Of a DNA stretch of 64,000 nt, positions 17,698-27,690 are shown piece by piece (position 1 is the first letter of the stretch; every line of letters begins with the position of its first letter). Origin of the DNA: a virus; the IMG/VR virus record IMGVR_UViG_3300050821_008607, positions 1 to 64,000 of that record. One strand, given 5' to 3'. The notes beneath the pieces were generated by a model. The model was not told the origin of the DNA and ran no database searches. It saw only the letters and a list, made by a program, of their open reading frames with translations. Both the position numbers and the translations under genes were made by a program.

Positions 17698-18035
17698 CGG
17701 GCACCGCCGGTCAGCGACCCCTTCGGGGCCTTCGCGATTGCCGAGCCGTCGAGCGGCACCTTGCGGTCGCCGTTCACCAAGTCCTTGAGGTTCTGGCCGG
17801 GCCGGAACCTGGGCCGGATGCGGGCCGGGACGGTGACCTTGTCGCCGGTGTGCGGGTTGCGGCGGGTCTGCTCCGTCGTCTCGCTGGTGTGGAATGTGCC
17901 GAAGCCGGTCACGCTGACCGTGCCGCCGTCGGCGAGCTCGCGGGCCATGGCGTCGAACACCGCCTCGACGGCGTTGACTGCGGCCTTGCTGCCGAGGGTC
18001 GTGGCGACGGTCTTGATCAGTTGCGTCTTGTTCAC
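17694..18035 (-). CDS. hup: HU-family DNA-binding protein
   Basis: MNKTQLI...VTGFGTF...RRNPHTG...PRFRPGQ.LKDLV; Streptomyces HupA-like tail KAPKGSL. Confidence 0.93.
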   Translation of the reverse strand: MNKTQLIKTVATTLGSKAAVNAVEAVFDAMARELADGGTVSVTGFGTFHTSETTEQTRRNPHTGDKVTVPARIRPRFRPGQNLKDLVNGDRKVPLDGSAIAKAPKGSLTGGAR

Positions 18036-18113
18036 GTGGTTCTCCATGAGGGTTGTGCGACAGGTGGGACTCGACGCGGGGCGTGCGAATCCCCAGAACT
18101 GGGGCGGTGCGGG

Positions 18114-18323
18114 TCAGTCCGTCAGGGCGGCGACGTCGTTGCCGCAGCGAAGGCAGCGGAACGAGTTCGCCCCGACGACGGCCGGCTGCACGCCGTGGCA
18201 GTGCGAGCAGTCCCAGCGGGTCTCTAAGACGAACCAGCCCTCCGGGACGGCGTCTGCGGGTTCGTCCGACGGGGGAGCGGGGCGCAGGCCAGGAATGCGG
18301 CGCAGGGCCGCGAGAGGACTCAT
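18114..18323 (-). CDS. Small zinc-ribbon protein
   Basis: CSHC...CLRC. Confidence 0.6.
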   Translation of the reverse strand: MSPLAALRRIPGLRPAPPSDEPADAVPEGWFVLETRWDCSHCHGVQPAVVGANSFRCLRCGNDVAALTD

Positions 18324-19129
18324 GAGGCACCCGCCGTCCGCAGCGGCCAACTGCCGTCGATCACAGCCGTCGGGTCCGACTGCCGCAGGTACGCCTGGAA
18401 GTCAGCCGCCCACGTCGCGTGCCACCGGACCTGACGGCGGTGCAACTCCTCGACGTCCACGCGCAGGTCATCGAAGCGCTCATACGGACCGCGCCGGTTC
18501 ACCAGACCCCGCACCCATTCCGGGCGCTCGCCGGCCGGGACTGCGGCAATGCAGCCCATGCGCCACGCAGCCTGGGCGGACTTCAGCGCGTCGTAGGCCG
18601 CGCCGTGAGCCTTCGTCTCGTCCCAGCCCAGGCCGTACATCTCGGCGGTGGTCTGCATCTGGTACGAGCCCTGCTTCTCCGACACCTTCTTGCGGAACGG
18701 CGCGACGTGCCGGTCCAGGACCATCGTGTCGATGACCCGGGTCAGCGGCTGACCGCACAGCCCTTCGAACGACCCGAGGCCGTGGCGTGCGCACTCGGCG
18801 TCCAGCAGCGTCAGGTCGTAGCCGCCCAGGTTGTGCCCGACCAGCGGAATCCCGGCCTGCGCGACCTTGCTGACCGCCGCGGCGATCTGCGTTACGCCCT
18901 CCGCTGCCGGCTGGCCGTGCGCGGCGGCGTACTCGTCCGTGATGCCGTGGACCTTGATGGCCTCCGGTTCCATCGGGATGCCCGGGTTGAGCAGCCACTC
19001 GAAGGTCTCCGTCGGCTGGTCGCCGCCGACCAGGATCAGGGCGCACGACACGATGCGGGCCGTCAGCGGGTCCTTGTCGGAGGATTCGAAATCGAGGGCG
19101 GCCATGCGCTGCAGGTGCCAAGGAGTCAT
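18320..19129 (-). CDS. DEDDh 3'-5' exonuclease (DnaQ-like)
   Basis: LDFES, VHGIT, VGHN..YD, IDTMVLD, AHGAAYDA. Confidence 0.9.
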   Translation of the reverse strand: MTPWHLQRMAALDFESSDKDPLTARIVSCALILVGGDQPTETFEWLLNPGIPMEPEAIKVHGITDEYAAAHGQPAAEGVTQIAAAVSKVAQAGIPLVGHNLGGYDLTLLDAECARHGLGSFEGLCGQPLTRVIDTMVLDRHVAPFRKKVSEKQGSYQMQTTAEMYGLGWDETKAHGAAYDALKSAQAAWRMGCIAAVPAGERPEWVRGLVNRRGPYERFDDLRVDVEELHRRQVRWHATWAADFQAYLRQSDPTAVIDGSWPLRTAGAS

Positions 19130-19431
19130 GACGGCACCTCCTCGGCCGGCGCGTCCATGGCCCGCAGGACCGCGAGCAGTCCCCGGTTCTGCTCGGCCAG
19201 CACGGCGTTCTCGACGTCGCGGTCGACGACCTGCTGCTCCAGGGCGGTGATGCGCTTCCACGCCTCATCGCGGGCCTCATGCGTCCGCGCCAGGGCCTTC
19301 TCCGACTCGTCGAGCCGCCCGGCCAGCCGGCCGTTCGCCCCCGACACCTCGGCCTCGCCACGCACGGCCTTCTCCAATGCGGCCTGCAGGTCCCGGACCT
19401 GCTGCTCCAGCTCGTCAGTGCGCTTCGACAT
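19126..19431 (-). CDS. Coiled-coil hypothetical protein
   Basis: MSKRTDELEQQVRDLQ... Confidence 0.6.
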   Translation of the reverse strand: MSKRTDELEQQVRDLQAALEKAVRGEAEVSGANGRLAGRLDESEKALARTHEARDEAWKRITALEQQVVDRDVENAVLAEQNRGLLAVLRAMDAPAEEVPS

Positions 19432-19522
19432 CACGCACCGTCCGAGTTCTGCCGCGAGTAGTGCAGGAAGAAGGCCAGGACCGCGGCGTACCAGCCGACG
19501 ATGGCCAACTGCTCGCAGGCGC

Positions 19523-20431
19523 TCATGCCAGCTCTCCCGTCTGGCGGGGCTGCGGGAGCTGCACAACGTTGCGCTGCGGGGCCTGGTTCAGCGTCGGGTG
19601 CTCCTCGCGGAACTCCGCCTGCAACCAGCGCAGGCCCTTCGCCGTGACCACGGTCGCCGGACGGGCCTTGCCGTTCACCACGTCGGTGCGGACCGCGAAG
19701 TACCCGCGGTCGATCAGGTGCTGATAGGGCAGCGTCGAGTTCTGGATGATGACCCGCATCCCGCGCAGCTGGTTCAGGAACCTGGTGCGGCCCATCCGGC
19801 CAGTCACGGGCGCGAGGATCTTCGCGGCGGTCGCCATGTCGAACAGGCCCTCCGCCGCGATCAGATCGTCGTAGCCCTCCGCCTTCGGCGCCATGTCCGC
19901 CAGCCGCACCGCCATGTCGGCGTTGCTCGTCGCCAGCGCGAGCACCTGGTCCTGCAGGCCGATCACGCGACGGGCCATCTCCAACTCGCCGTGCGACTGC
20001 GGCACGGCCGCCTGCGACTGGCGCTCCGCCTCCGAGTCGAGCAGGTAAGTGCGGACCCTCTTGGCGACCTCGGACTCGGTGAGAACCATCCCCACATCGA
20101 GCAGCGCCCGGCGGGAGAAGACGCGGAGCACGCGGCGGTTCGACTGCTCCGTCGAGCTGGTCAGATTGACCACCTCGAAGTCACGAAGCTCGGCGCCCCG
20201 CAGGGTGTGCATGCCGTTCTCGGTCAGCTCCTGGCGGTGCCGGCGGACCACGCTGTGAATGGCCTCGACGTCGACCTCGTAGTACTGCGCGACGAGGTCC
20301 GTTGTGAGGTGAAGGCCGTCGGGCAGGAGCGCCAGGGCCTTGACCTTGTCGAGCACGTCGACGCGCTCGATGGCTGCCGCCCGCATGCTGCGGGACTCGG
20401 TGAGCGCCAGTTCGTTCGGTACGGTGAGCAT
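19523..20431 (-). CDS. Phage antirepressor (C-terminal ANT/KilAC-like domain)
   Basis: PKAEGYDDLI...AKIL...GR...LR...PYQHLIDRGYF...VTAKGL.WL. Confidence 0.85.
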   Translation of the reverse strand: MLTVPNELALTESRSMRAAAIERVDVLDKVKALALLPDGLHLTTDLVAQYYEVDVEAIHSVVRRHRQELTENGMHTLRGAELRDFEVVNLTSSTEQSNRRVLRVFSRRALLDVGMVLTESEVAKRVRTYLLDSEAERQSQAAVPQSHGELEMARRVIGLQDQVLALATSNADMAVRLADMAPKAEGYDDLIAAEGLFDMATAAKILAPVTGRMGRTRFLNQLRGMRVIIQNSTLPYQHLIDRGYFAVRTDVVNGKARPATVVTAKGLRWLQAEFREEHPTLNQAPQRNVVQLPQPRQTGELA

Positions 20432-20511
20432 GTGTCCCCTCCGGGGATCGGTAGGTAAGTCGGTAGTTCGGGTGGTGGCCCCGGTCGCAGCGGACCGGGG
20501 CCACCGGTACG

Positions 20512-21456
20512 TCAGCGAGCGGCGAACTCCGCGGAAAGCTCCTTGGTCAAGGCGCGCAACTGCGCCTCGGTGGCCTTCTCGATCGGGCCGTCCGTCACTC
20601 CGAAGCAGTGCTGCTGCAGCGCCTCGTCGGACATCCCGGCCGCGGCACCAGCGGCGCGCAGCTCCTTCTCCGCGACGGCACGCGAGGCGGCATCCGGCGA
20701 CGGCGCGGCAGGCTGCGGCGCGCGCTCGGCGAGCAGCGTCTTGCCCAAGGCCAGCAGGGTCACCGGCTGGCCGGCCCGGTCCAGGACCAGGCGCTGGAAC
20801 AGTCCGGCCTCGCCGATCTCGTAGCCGATCTGCTCGGTACGGGCCAGCGTCGTTCCAGGCAGGAGCAGCTCGTCCCGGTAGCTCTCAGGACTACGGACCC
20901 CGGCCTCGCCACGGACGGTCGTGTCGGCGTCCGGATCCTGCTCCTCCGTCGGCACCATCCCGCCGGTCAGCATCAGCGTCCGCAGTGCCACCGACTGGGC
21001 CTTCGGCGTGGACCGGCTGCCCGTGTCGGTGGCCTCGCCCATCGCCTGCGTCTCGATGAAATCGCCGGTAGGCCCGTAAATCCGGTAGGTCACCGTGGCG
21101 GTGCACTCGCGCATCTTGCCGCCGCTCGCGGTACCGATGTCCCGGTACTCAGCCACCGTCTTGAAAGGGAAGACCGCGATGCCGTGCTTGCGGCAGATCG
21201 GCCCGAAGGCGTTCAGAACCGCGTCGACGCCACGGAAGTTGAAGCGCCCGGCCTTACCGCCCTCGAACTTCTGGGCCTTGTGAATCACCGTGACGTCGCC
21301 CATCACCCGCAGCCAAGCGGTGATGGTGTCGACCTTCTCCGGGTCCTTCTCCATCTCTGCCGCACTGAAGTCCGGCTCCGGGTAGTCCGGCCTCGGCTGG
21401 GCGATGTCGGCTTCGATGCGGCCCGCCGCCGCGGCGGCGGCCTCTGCCAGTCCCAT
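20512..21456 (-). CDS. ERF-family single-strand annealing protein
   Basis: FNFRGVDAVLNA.GP...KHG, GEA.D.G....KAQSVA.R; adjacent to YqaJ. Confidence 0.85.
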   Translation of the reverse strand: MGLAEAAAAAAGRIEADIAQPRPDYPEPDFSAAEMEKDPEKVDTITAWLRVMGDVTVIHKAQKFEGGKAGRFNFRGVDAVLNAFGPICRKHGIAVFPFKTVAEYRDIGTASGGKMRECTATVTYRIYGPTGDFIETQAMGEATDTGSRSTPKAQSVALRTLMLTGGMVPTEEQDPDADTTVRGEAGVRSPESYRDELLLPGTTLARTEQIGYEIGEAGLFQRLVLDRAGQPVTLLALGKTLLAERAPQPAAPSPDAASRAVAEKELRAAGAAAGMSDEALQQHCFGVTDGPIEKATEAQLRALTKELSAEFAAR

Positions 21457-22499
21457 TAGGACTCCTTCGGGGGTGTGAGGCGGAACGCCTTATCGATGGC
21501 CAGCCGCGTGCCGGGCTTGCCGCGCTTCACGCAGTCCGCGTAGGCCTCAGGCCAGCGCTCCGCGAGACGCTCGTAGTCGGTGCCGAGGCGGCCGTCCTGC
21601 GGATCGCTGGAGTACGCCACGTCGTTGTCGAGGTAGGCGTACTGAGCGCCGTTCAGTAGGCGCAGCAGTTCGGCGTGCGCCGCGTCCTTGTGCTTCCCGG
21701 CGGCCTTCTCGGCCAGGCGGGCGGTCTCGTAGTCGTGCAGCAGCCCGAGGACCGTGTCGTCGTGGTCCAGGCGCACGATGCCCGCAGGATCCGGGTGCAT
21801 CCGCTTGAACATCTTGACTTCGCGTTCGCTGTTCTCCGACGCCGGCGGGACGACGCCGGGCACGACGTACCGGTCCCACCAGGCGCGGCACGCTGCGACG
21901 ACATCCCGCATCGTCTGCTCGTGCGCGGCAGCCCGGACGACGCCCTGCCGGTAGTCGTTGCCGCCGACCAGGACCGCGTAGTGGATGTGGTCGTAGCCCG
22001 TGACGGCCAGCTGGAACAGAACCTGCGCGAGGACGTCGTCCGGTGCGCCGTCGGCCCACTTGGCTGCTTTGAACGCGGTCCGGCACTTCACCTCAAGGGC
22101 GCACACCTGGTGCCGGGTCTCCGGCAGCGGGCATTCGGTGATGCGCCGGTCCAGGGTGGTGAGCAGTACCGGGTCGTCTTTGTGCTCGACGAGGCCGATG
22201 TTCTCCACGACGGACCGGTTGCGGCGGGCCCACTCCAGTGCGATCGGGGCTTCAAGCAGGGTGCCCCAGTAGGCGGCGTCCCCGGCGGTGTCGTCGAGTT
22301 GGCCGAGCTTGTCGTAGAAGACCTTGCGCGGGCTGCCGAAGTCGTCGAGGTCCAGGATCACCGGGGCGTCGGATGCGCCGATGCCGTGCTTGCGGGCGGC
22401 CAGCCACTCGCCGCGGTCGACTCCGGCGGGCAGCACCAGTCGGGCGGTCGGGGTGACGAGGTCGCCGACGGTGGACGGGAGCATCGTGGGGGCGATCAC
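21456..22499 (-). CDS. YqaJ-like (lambda exonuclease family) recombination nuclease
   Basis: WLAARKHGIGASDA, WGT.LE, TLDR, LEVK, Q...QLAVTG. Confidence 0.92.
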   Translation of the reverse strand: MIAPTMLPSTVGDLVTPTARLVLPAGVDRGEWLAARKHGIGASDAPVILDLDDFGSPRKVFYDKLGQLDDTAGDAAYWGTLLEAPIALEWARRNRSVVENIGLVEHKDDPVLLTTLDRRITECPLPETRHQVCALEVKCRTAFKAAKWADGAPDDVLAQVLFQLAVTGYDHIHYAVLVGGNDYRQGVVRAAAHEQTMRDVVAACRAWWDRYVVPGVVPPASENSEREVKMFKRMHPDPAGIVRLDHDDTVLGLLHDYETARLAEKAAGKHKDAAHAELLRLLNGAQYAYLDNDVAYSSDPQDGRLGTDYERLAERWPEAYADCVKRGKPGTRLAIDKAFRLTPPKES

Positions 22500-22918
22500 T
22501 CGGCACCGCCCATCGTCAGCCGGAACGCGGCCTCAAATGGCGCCTCGTGCTCACGGACGGCGGCCAGCACGCGCGCCGCGATGTCCACCCCGGCGCCGGC
22601 CCGAAACTCGTCGCTGGTCTCGGCGTTCCACACGGGGAAGGCCTCGTTGAGGAGTTCGCAGTACCTGTCGTCGACCGGCCCCATGCCGTACGTCAGCCGC
22701 GCCGCCACATCCCGGCCGTCCGCGCTCGGGCGCAACTCCAGGCAGTAGTGCCGGGCATCGACACGGAAGCCGGGGTCGGTCAGGTCGGTCCAGACGGTCA
22801 TGTAGTCGTCCGCCTCGCCCGAGTCCTCGCGGTCGAACGGGAACGCCTCGAAGCCGAGCCCGCAAGCCGCCAGGTTGGTGGCGGCCTCGAACATGGCGTG
22901 CGCCTGACGGAGCCTCAT
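22496..22918 (-). CDS. Hypothetical protein
   Basis: 140 aa, overlapping start/stop. Confidence 0.65.
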   Translation of the reverse strand: MRLRQAHAMFEAATNLAACGLGFEAFPFDREDSGEADDYMTVWTDLTDPGFRVDARHYCLELRPSADGRDVAARLTYGMGPVDDRYCELLNEAFPVWNAETSDEFRAGAGVDIAARVLAAVREHEAPFEAAFRLTMGGAE

Positions 22919-23721
22919 GAGGCCACCGCCTCAGCGGCAGCGCTCAACGCGGGAACCGGCGCAGGGACCTTCGCGGCGTCGTACTGCCGGATGCCCCACA
23001 CGATCGCGTGGCAGGCCCACAGGAACCACCAGCCGAAGTCGTGGGTCCGCCACTCCTCCACGCCGTCGAAGGTGAACGGGTGCAGGTACTTCTCCGTCAG
23101 CTCGTGGCTGCGGTCGTTGTCCCGCTCGTGACGCTGACTCCAGGCGGCTGCCTGCGTGGGCGTCGTGGCCCCGCTGTCCGCGCCGCAGGAGCACAAGACG
23201 TTGATCTCCAGCTCGCCGAACTCGAAGTCCCGCACCGCCTCCGCGGCGGACTCTTTGTACTCGGTGGAGTGCTCGGCCATCGTGCCAGTGGTGAACGCCG
23301 CCCACGCGGCGGTGACGCCGGGGAAGTCGCCCTCGACCTCGGCCAGGTACTCGGCCGCCAGCATGTCGAAGCGCTCGGGCGAGTACACCGTCACGCTGTC
23401 GCGGTCGCTCTCCAACTTCGTAGACCAGTAGTCCGGCTGGACCTGGATCGCGTCGCCGGCTCCGCGGCCGGAGCGGCGGAAGAAGTCGAACATGTCCTCG
23501 ATGCGGGAGAACACGAAGCTCTCGCCGTCGCCCCTGAACATCAGGACGTGCGGGGCGGTGATCAGCTCGAACCAGTAGAACGGATTCTTCGGGTCGCGGA
23601 ACCGCAGGTGCCGGTAGAAACCGTCGTCGTGCAGGACCGTCATGGTGTGCCCGGCGGTCTCGCGGGCAAAGCGCTCGGCGGAGTCCGCGATCAGGCGCTT
23701 CGACATCTCCCAGTCGTTCAT
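22915..23721 (-). CDS. Conserved phage hypothetical protein
   Basis: HTMTVLHDDG.YRHLRF...FVFSR..DMFDFFR...FLWACHAI.WGI.QYD. Confidence 0.8.
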   Translation of the reverse strand: MNDWEMSKRLIADSAERFARETAGHTMTVLHDDGFYRHLRFRDPKNPFYWFELITAPHVLMFRGDGESFVFSRIEDMFDFFRRSGRGAGDAIQVQPDYWSTKLESDRDSVTVYSPERFDMLAAEYLAEVEGDFPGVTAAWAAFTTGTMAEHSTEYKESAAEAVRDFEFGELEINVLCSCGADSGATTPTQAAAWSQRHERDNDRSHELTEKYLHPFTFDGVEEWRTHDFGWWFLWACHAIVWGIRQYDAAKVPAPVPALSAAAEAVAS

Positions 23722-24068
23722 GCTGCTTCCTCAGGGGTCTCGCGGTCGTCGGCGGCCAGCTCGCGCCCGGCGCAGGCCGCGCACAGGCCGCGGGTTGCGG
23801 CGGGGGAGGAGCAGTTCGAGCACAGCGGGCCGGTGGAAAGGGCGGCCAGGGCCTCGGCCAGCGAGTCGGCGGCCTGCACGTCGTCCCAGCGGGCCAGGCC
23901 GTTGCCGTGCCGCCGGTCCACGCCACAACCCGTGTGAACCGCGTCGAGGGTGCAACCCAGGGATCCGCCCGGGTACGCCGAACCCGCTGGCAGGTACAGG
24001 CGCGAGGTGCAGCCCGCGTCCTCGTCAGGGCGCAGAGCCGGGACGATGTCCCACGTCGAGAGCGTCAT
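23718..24068 (-). CDS. Cys-containing hypothetical protein
   Basis: CSNC...CAAC. Confidence 0.6.
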   Translation of the reverse strand: MTLSTWDIVPALRPDEDAGCTSRLYLPAGSAYPGGSLGCTLDAVHTGCGVDRRHGNGLARWDDVQAADSLAEALAALSTGPLCSNCSSPAATRGLCAACAGRELAADDRETPEEAA

Positions 24069-24307
24069 CGCCGCACCTGCGCCAACTGGGCTCGCAGCTC
24101 GGCATTCTCGGCCGCGAGCCGCACAGCGGACGGCACGTACGGGCCCGGGTCCTCCTGCAGCAAATCCGCCAGGTACTCGGCCTGCGGGCTGTCCTCGGGC
24201 AGCTGCTTCAGCTTCGCCGCGACACGGGCCATCACCTCGGGGTCGGTCACGTACTTGTGCGCGTTGCCCAGCGAGGCCGCGCGGGACTGGACGACGTCGG
24301 GGATCAT
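24065..24307 (-). CDS. Hypothetical protein
   Basis: ATGA overlap. Confidence 0.6.
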   Translation of the reverse strand: MIPDVVQSRAASLGNAHKYVTDPEVMARVAAKLKQLPEDSPQAEYLADLLQEDPGPYVPSAVRLAAENAELRAQLAQVRR

Positions 24308-24504
24308 GAGGTCACCACCAGTGCGGCGCTGAGCTGCACGATCTTCTCGACAGCGAACTGCGTCAACTCGGTGTCGCGCATCCCCAGCGCGACCGCCACG
24401 ACCTTCTGCGGCCCGTGCTCGCGGCACAGCGGCGTGATCATCGCCTGCACGCTTCGGACCGGGACACCCAGGCGCACGGCAACCTGCTCGATGGTCTCGC
24501 TCAC
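24304..24504 (-). CDS. Small HTH-like protein
   Basis: TIEQVAVRLGVPVRSV; GTGA overlap. Confidence 0.55.
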   Translation of the reverse strand: MSETIEQVAVRLGVPVRSVQAMITPLCREHGPQKVVAVALGMRDTELTQFAVEKIVQLSAALVVTS

Positions 24505-24803
24505 GCCGCCACCTGCGCTTCCGACAGGTCGCCGGCCACGAGCATCACCGGGCAGCCGCACACGCAGCCCTCGGCGAGCGAGAAGTGCCGCCCGACCTGC
24601 GCCGACATGTGCACGCCCGGCAAGGAGTCCATGGCCACGATCCAGGCGGCCCACACGTCCAGGTCGTCCACCAGGACCACGGCCGTGCCGTTCTGGGTGT
24701 AGACGACGGTCGCGTGCAGCGCCTCGGGCATGGCGTCGTCCGTCGCGAACAGGGCGGCGAGGGCTGGGCCCTCGGGGGACTGGGTAGGCTGGAGGACGGT
24801 CAT
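24501..24803 (-). CDS. Hypothetical protein
   Basis: GAGGTG RBS before ATG. Confidence 0.6.
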   Translation of the reverse strand: MTVLQPTQSPEGPALAALFATDDAMPEALHATVVYTQNGTAVVLVDDLDVWAAWIVAMDSLPGVHMSAQVGRHFSLAEGCVCGCPVMLVAGDLSEAQVAA

Positions 24804-24881
24804 CGTCCACCTCTTTCTTCTACGGGTTTGGTGGGCTGTGATCACTGGCCGTTGTCCGGGGTGGAGCCCGGGCGACGGCCG

Positions 24882-25400
24882 TTATGCCGACTGGGCGGCG
24901 TTGCTCGCGTCGAGCCAGGCCTGGACGCTCGACTGCTTGAAGCGGCGGATTCGCTTGCGTCCGGTCCCGGGAACCGATTCCACCGGGAGGCCGTGCTTGG
25001 CGAGCATTTCGTTGACCCACCAAGGGCTCACGCCGAGCCAGGTCATGAGCTCTTCCTGGGTCATCAGCGGTTCGGGCGGGGATGTCGTCGTTTCCATCGC
25101 GTTGCTACTTTCTGCTGTGGTAGTAGTAGCCATGGGCATGCTTGAAGACGAAGGCGTGCCGGTGAAGAACTCCTGAATGTCCTGATCTAGCGCTCGGGCG
25201 ATGAGGCTGGCCGTGGCCGGCCCGCACGTTTCGCGGGTGCTGCGCTTGCCGGGCGCTCCGGTGAGGAAGCCGATGTACGCGGGGGAGACGCCGATGCCGT
25301 CCGGATCGATCGCCTTTGTGGCCTCGGCGAGCTGGGGCCCGGACATGCCTGCCTCTCTCATCGCTGCGCGCAGTGGCGCGCCGCCGTCCCGTCGTTGCAT
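24882..25400 (-). CDS. Cro-like HTH fused to excisionase-like HTH
   Basis: N: LRAAMREAGMSGPQLAEATK...A.LIARAL; S/T linker; C: LMTQEELMTWLGVS.WWV......GLP...RRF...V.AWL. Confidence 0.78.
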   Translation of the reverse strand: MQRRDGGAPLRAAMREAGMSGPQLAEATKAIDPDGIGVSPAYIGFLTGAPGKRSTRETCGPATASLIARALDQDIQEFFTGTPSSSSMPMATTTTAESSNAMETTTSPPEPLMTQEELMTWLGVSPWWVNEMLAKHGLPVESVPGTGRKRIRRFKQSSVQAWLDASNAAQSA

Positions 25401-25447
25401 GTGGTGGCTGCCCTTCTCGTCACTTCAGCGGCTGGATTCCTCCGTCG

Positions 25448-25615
25448 CTGCTACAGTTCTACAGTAGCAGTCGTAGGAAGGTCAAGAGCGAGGTTGACAG
25501 GAGTAGTCGGAAGGCGAAACCCAAGGAACATAGGAGACTCACGTCCCTGCGTGCCCGTATGACGTGAGCACTCAAATTAAGACACCTTCTACAGTCGACT
25601 TGTGTCTGTAGAAGG
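25448..25615. promoter_or_regulatory. Immunity switch: divergent promoters and operator-like repeats
   Basis: CTGCTAC-N9-GTAGCAG; CCTTCTACAG-N11-CTGTAGAAGG; leftward TTGACC-N18-TAGAAC; TTGACA at 25494. Confidence 0.65.
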
Positions 25616-25635
25616 CGTGATACATCCTGTGCTCT

Positions 25636-26013
25636 GTGGCCCCTGAAAACGCGCACCAGGAACCCGACGGCGGCGAAGACGTCCCCGCGCTGCTGCGGCG
25701 CGTCATGGACGAGCGCCGCTGGACCCAGAGTGACCTCGCACGCGCCATCGGCGTGCTCGTAGGAACAGTGAACACCTGGGTCAACGGCAAGAGAACCCCC
25801 ACGGGCGAGAACCTCCGCAAGCTCGCCGCCGGCACCGGCATCAGTGAGGCCACCTGGGTTGCCGCGACCGGCCGCAAGATCCCGGCCGAGCTCGACGCCG
25901 ACCGCGAAGCGCGCCTCATTGCCCTGTGGCGCTCGTTCACCCCCGAGGAGCAGCGCTACGCCGAGGGCTCCCTGGAGGGCATCGCGAAGGCCCGGGCCGA
26001 GTCCCACAACTGA
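25636..26013 (+). CDS. Immunity repressor (XRE HTH)
   Basis: WTQSDLARAIGV..GTVNTWVNGKRTP...LRKLA; divergent from cro, upstream of integrase. Confidence 0.88.
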   Translation: MAPENAHQEPDGGEDVPALLRRVMDERRWTQSDLARAIGVLVGTVNTWVNGKRTPTGENLRKLAAGTGISEATWVAATGRKIPAELDADREARLIALWRSFTPEEQRYAEGSLEGIAKARAESHN

Positions 26014-26147
26014 GCCGCGTTCACAAAATCCCCACCCATTCGGATGAACCTGAGGTCAAACGCGCATCCTCCGAGTACAGTCAGGGTTCCGCCGCTGCCT
26101 CCGCCTGCGGTTACCGCAGACACCCGCGTAACCCTGGGGGTAGAGGT

Positions 26148-26429
26148 ATGTGCATCGCCGTGCGCTTTGTCGACCCGAAAGCGCAGTCGCAGCCCTGGAT
26201 CCGGGCAAAGCTGGTCATCAACGTCCCCTGGTCGGTCACACGCAGCGCAGCCCTGTACATCGTCCGTGAAACCCTCCGGGCGCTGGGCGTGGCGCAGCAT
26301 CATGACACCAAGGCAGTCTGCTTCTGCGGGGACCCCGTCGAGGTGCCGTTCTGCGCAGAAATAGTGGCGGCGGTGAGCTCCGCGTCTGCGATCTCCAGAG
26401 GCCGGGAGGCGATGCGCCGTGGCGCGTAG
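26148..26429 (+). CDS. Hypothetical protein between repressor and integrase
   Basis: MCIAVRFV...VCFCGDPV; GAGGT RBS; overlaps integrase start. Confidence 0.7.
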   Translation: MCIAVRFVDPKAQSQPWIRAKLVINVPWSVTRSAALYIVRETLRALGVAQHHDTKAVCFCGDPVEVPFCAEIVAAVSSASAISRGREAMRRGA

Positions 26430-27681
26430 GGCAACGAACAACCCGCGGCAGATCCGGCTCAAGAGCTGCGGCTGCCCACTGTGCACCGAGGAGTTCCGGC
26501 CCGGCCAGAAGGCCACCCGCAAGGACTGCAAGGGGACCTGGCAGGCCCGCTACCGGGACATGAACGGCAACCAGAAGGCCCGCAACTTCCCCACGATGGC
26601 GAAGGCCGAGGCGTTCCTGGACGAGGTGCGGACCCGCGTCCGCAACCGCGACTACAACGACCCCGACCGCGGCAAAGTCACCCTGACGTGGCTGTGGGAC
26701 AAATGGCGCCCAGGCCGCAAGCTCAGCGAGAAGAACACCCTGGCCGCCATCGACTACCAGTGGTCGATCATCGAGCCGCGGTGGGGTGCGTACCGGCTGT
26801 GCGACATCGAATACCTCGACATTCAGGCGTGGGTGCCGCAGCTGATCGCACAGGGCCACGCGCCGAGCGTGGTCAACAAGGTCGTCGAGCTGCTGTCGCG
26901 GCTACTGAAAGTCGCCGTGAGGGACAATCGGCGCATCCCCTACAACCCGTGCGAGGGCGTGGAGAAGCCGCCGCCGCGCAAGGTCAGCCCCGAGGATCGG
27001 CGCTCCCCGAGCTATCGCCAACTCGACCTGATCCGCGCCGCAATGCCGAAGCACCACGAGGACATGCTGGAGTTCCTGGAGGAGACCGGCCTGCGCTGGA
27101 GCGAGCTGATCGGCCTGCGGCGCTGCTACGTGGACCGCAAGAAGAGGGTCGTCAAGGTCCGCCATGTCATCGAGGAGATCACCGGGCATCCGCTGACGCG
27201 CAAGGAGTACCCGAAGACCGAGGAGGGTTTCCGCACGATCCCCCTGAGCCCCCGGGCCCTGGCCGCGTTCGACCGGCACATGGAACGGTGCCCCGCCTCG
27301 GACACGAAGACGAGAGTCGAGGACGGCCTGTGCGAGGACGAGCTGGTGTTCCGCGGGGCTCGTGGCGGGATCCTGCGGAAGGGCAACTTCTGGACCGTGT
27401 ACACCCGGGCTGCGGTGCGGGCCGGCGTGGCGCGGAAGATCAAGCGGCCGAGCGGCAAGTTCGAGTGGTGGCCCACCGTCCATGACACCCGCGGGTCGTG
27501 GGCGTCGCGGCTGCACGACGAGGGCGTGCCCGAGGTGATCGTGCAGCGGTTGATGGGGCACAAGCGGGCGTCGAGCGTGACGTGGATCTACCTGCACGCG
27601 GCCGAGGATGCGGTCGACCAGGGGCGTGAGGCGCTGGAGGGGCGCGGGTCCAAGCGGCATCTGCGGGCGGTGGGGGAGTGA
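26419..27681 (+). CDS. int: Tyrosine integrase
   Basis: Arm-binding N-terminus (WQARYRD..G.Q.ARNF), TGLRWSE, PKT, HDTR, LMGH, TWIY. Confidence 0.95.
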   Translation: MARRATNNPRQIRLKSCGCPLCTEEFRPGQKATRKDCKGTWQARYRDMNGNQKARNFPTMAKAEAFLDEVRTRVRNRDYNDPDRGKVTLTWLWDKWRPGRKLSEKNTLAAIDYQWSIIEPRWGAYRLCDIEYLDIQAWVPQLIAQGHAPSVVNKVVELLSRLLKVAVRDNRRIPYNPCEGVEKPPPRKVSPEDRRSPSYRQLDLIRAAMPKHHEDMLEFLEETGLRWSELIGLRRCYVDRKKRVVKVRHVIEEITGHPLTRKEYPKTEEGFRTIPLSPRALAAFDRHMERCPASDTKTRVEDGLCEDELVFRGARGGILRKGNFWTVYTRAAVRAGVARKIKRPSGKFEWWPTVHDTRGSWASRLHDEGVPEVIVQRLMGHKRASSVTWIYLHAAEDAVDQGREALEGRGSKRHLRAVGE

Positions 27682-27690
27682 TGGGCCGCG

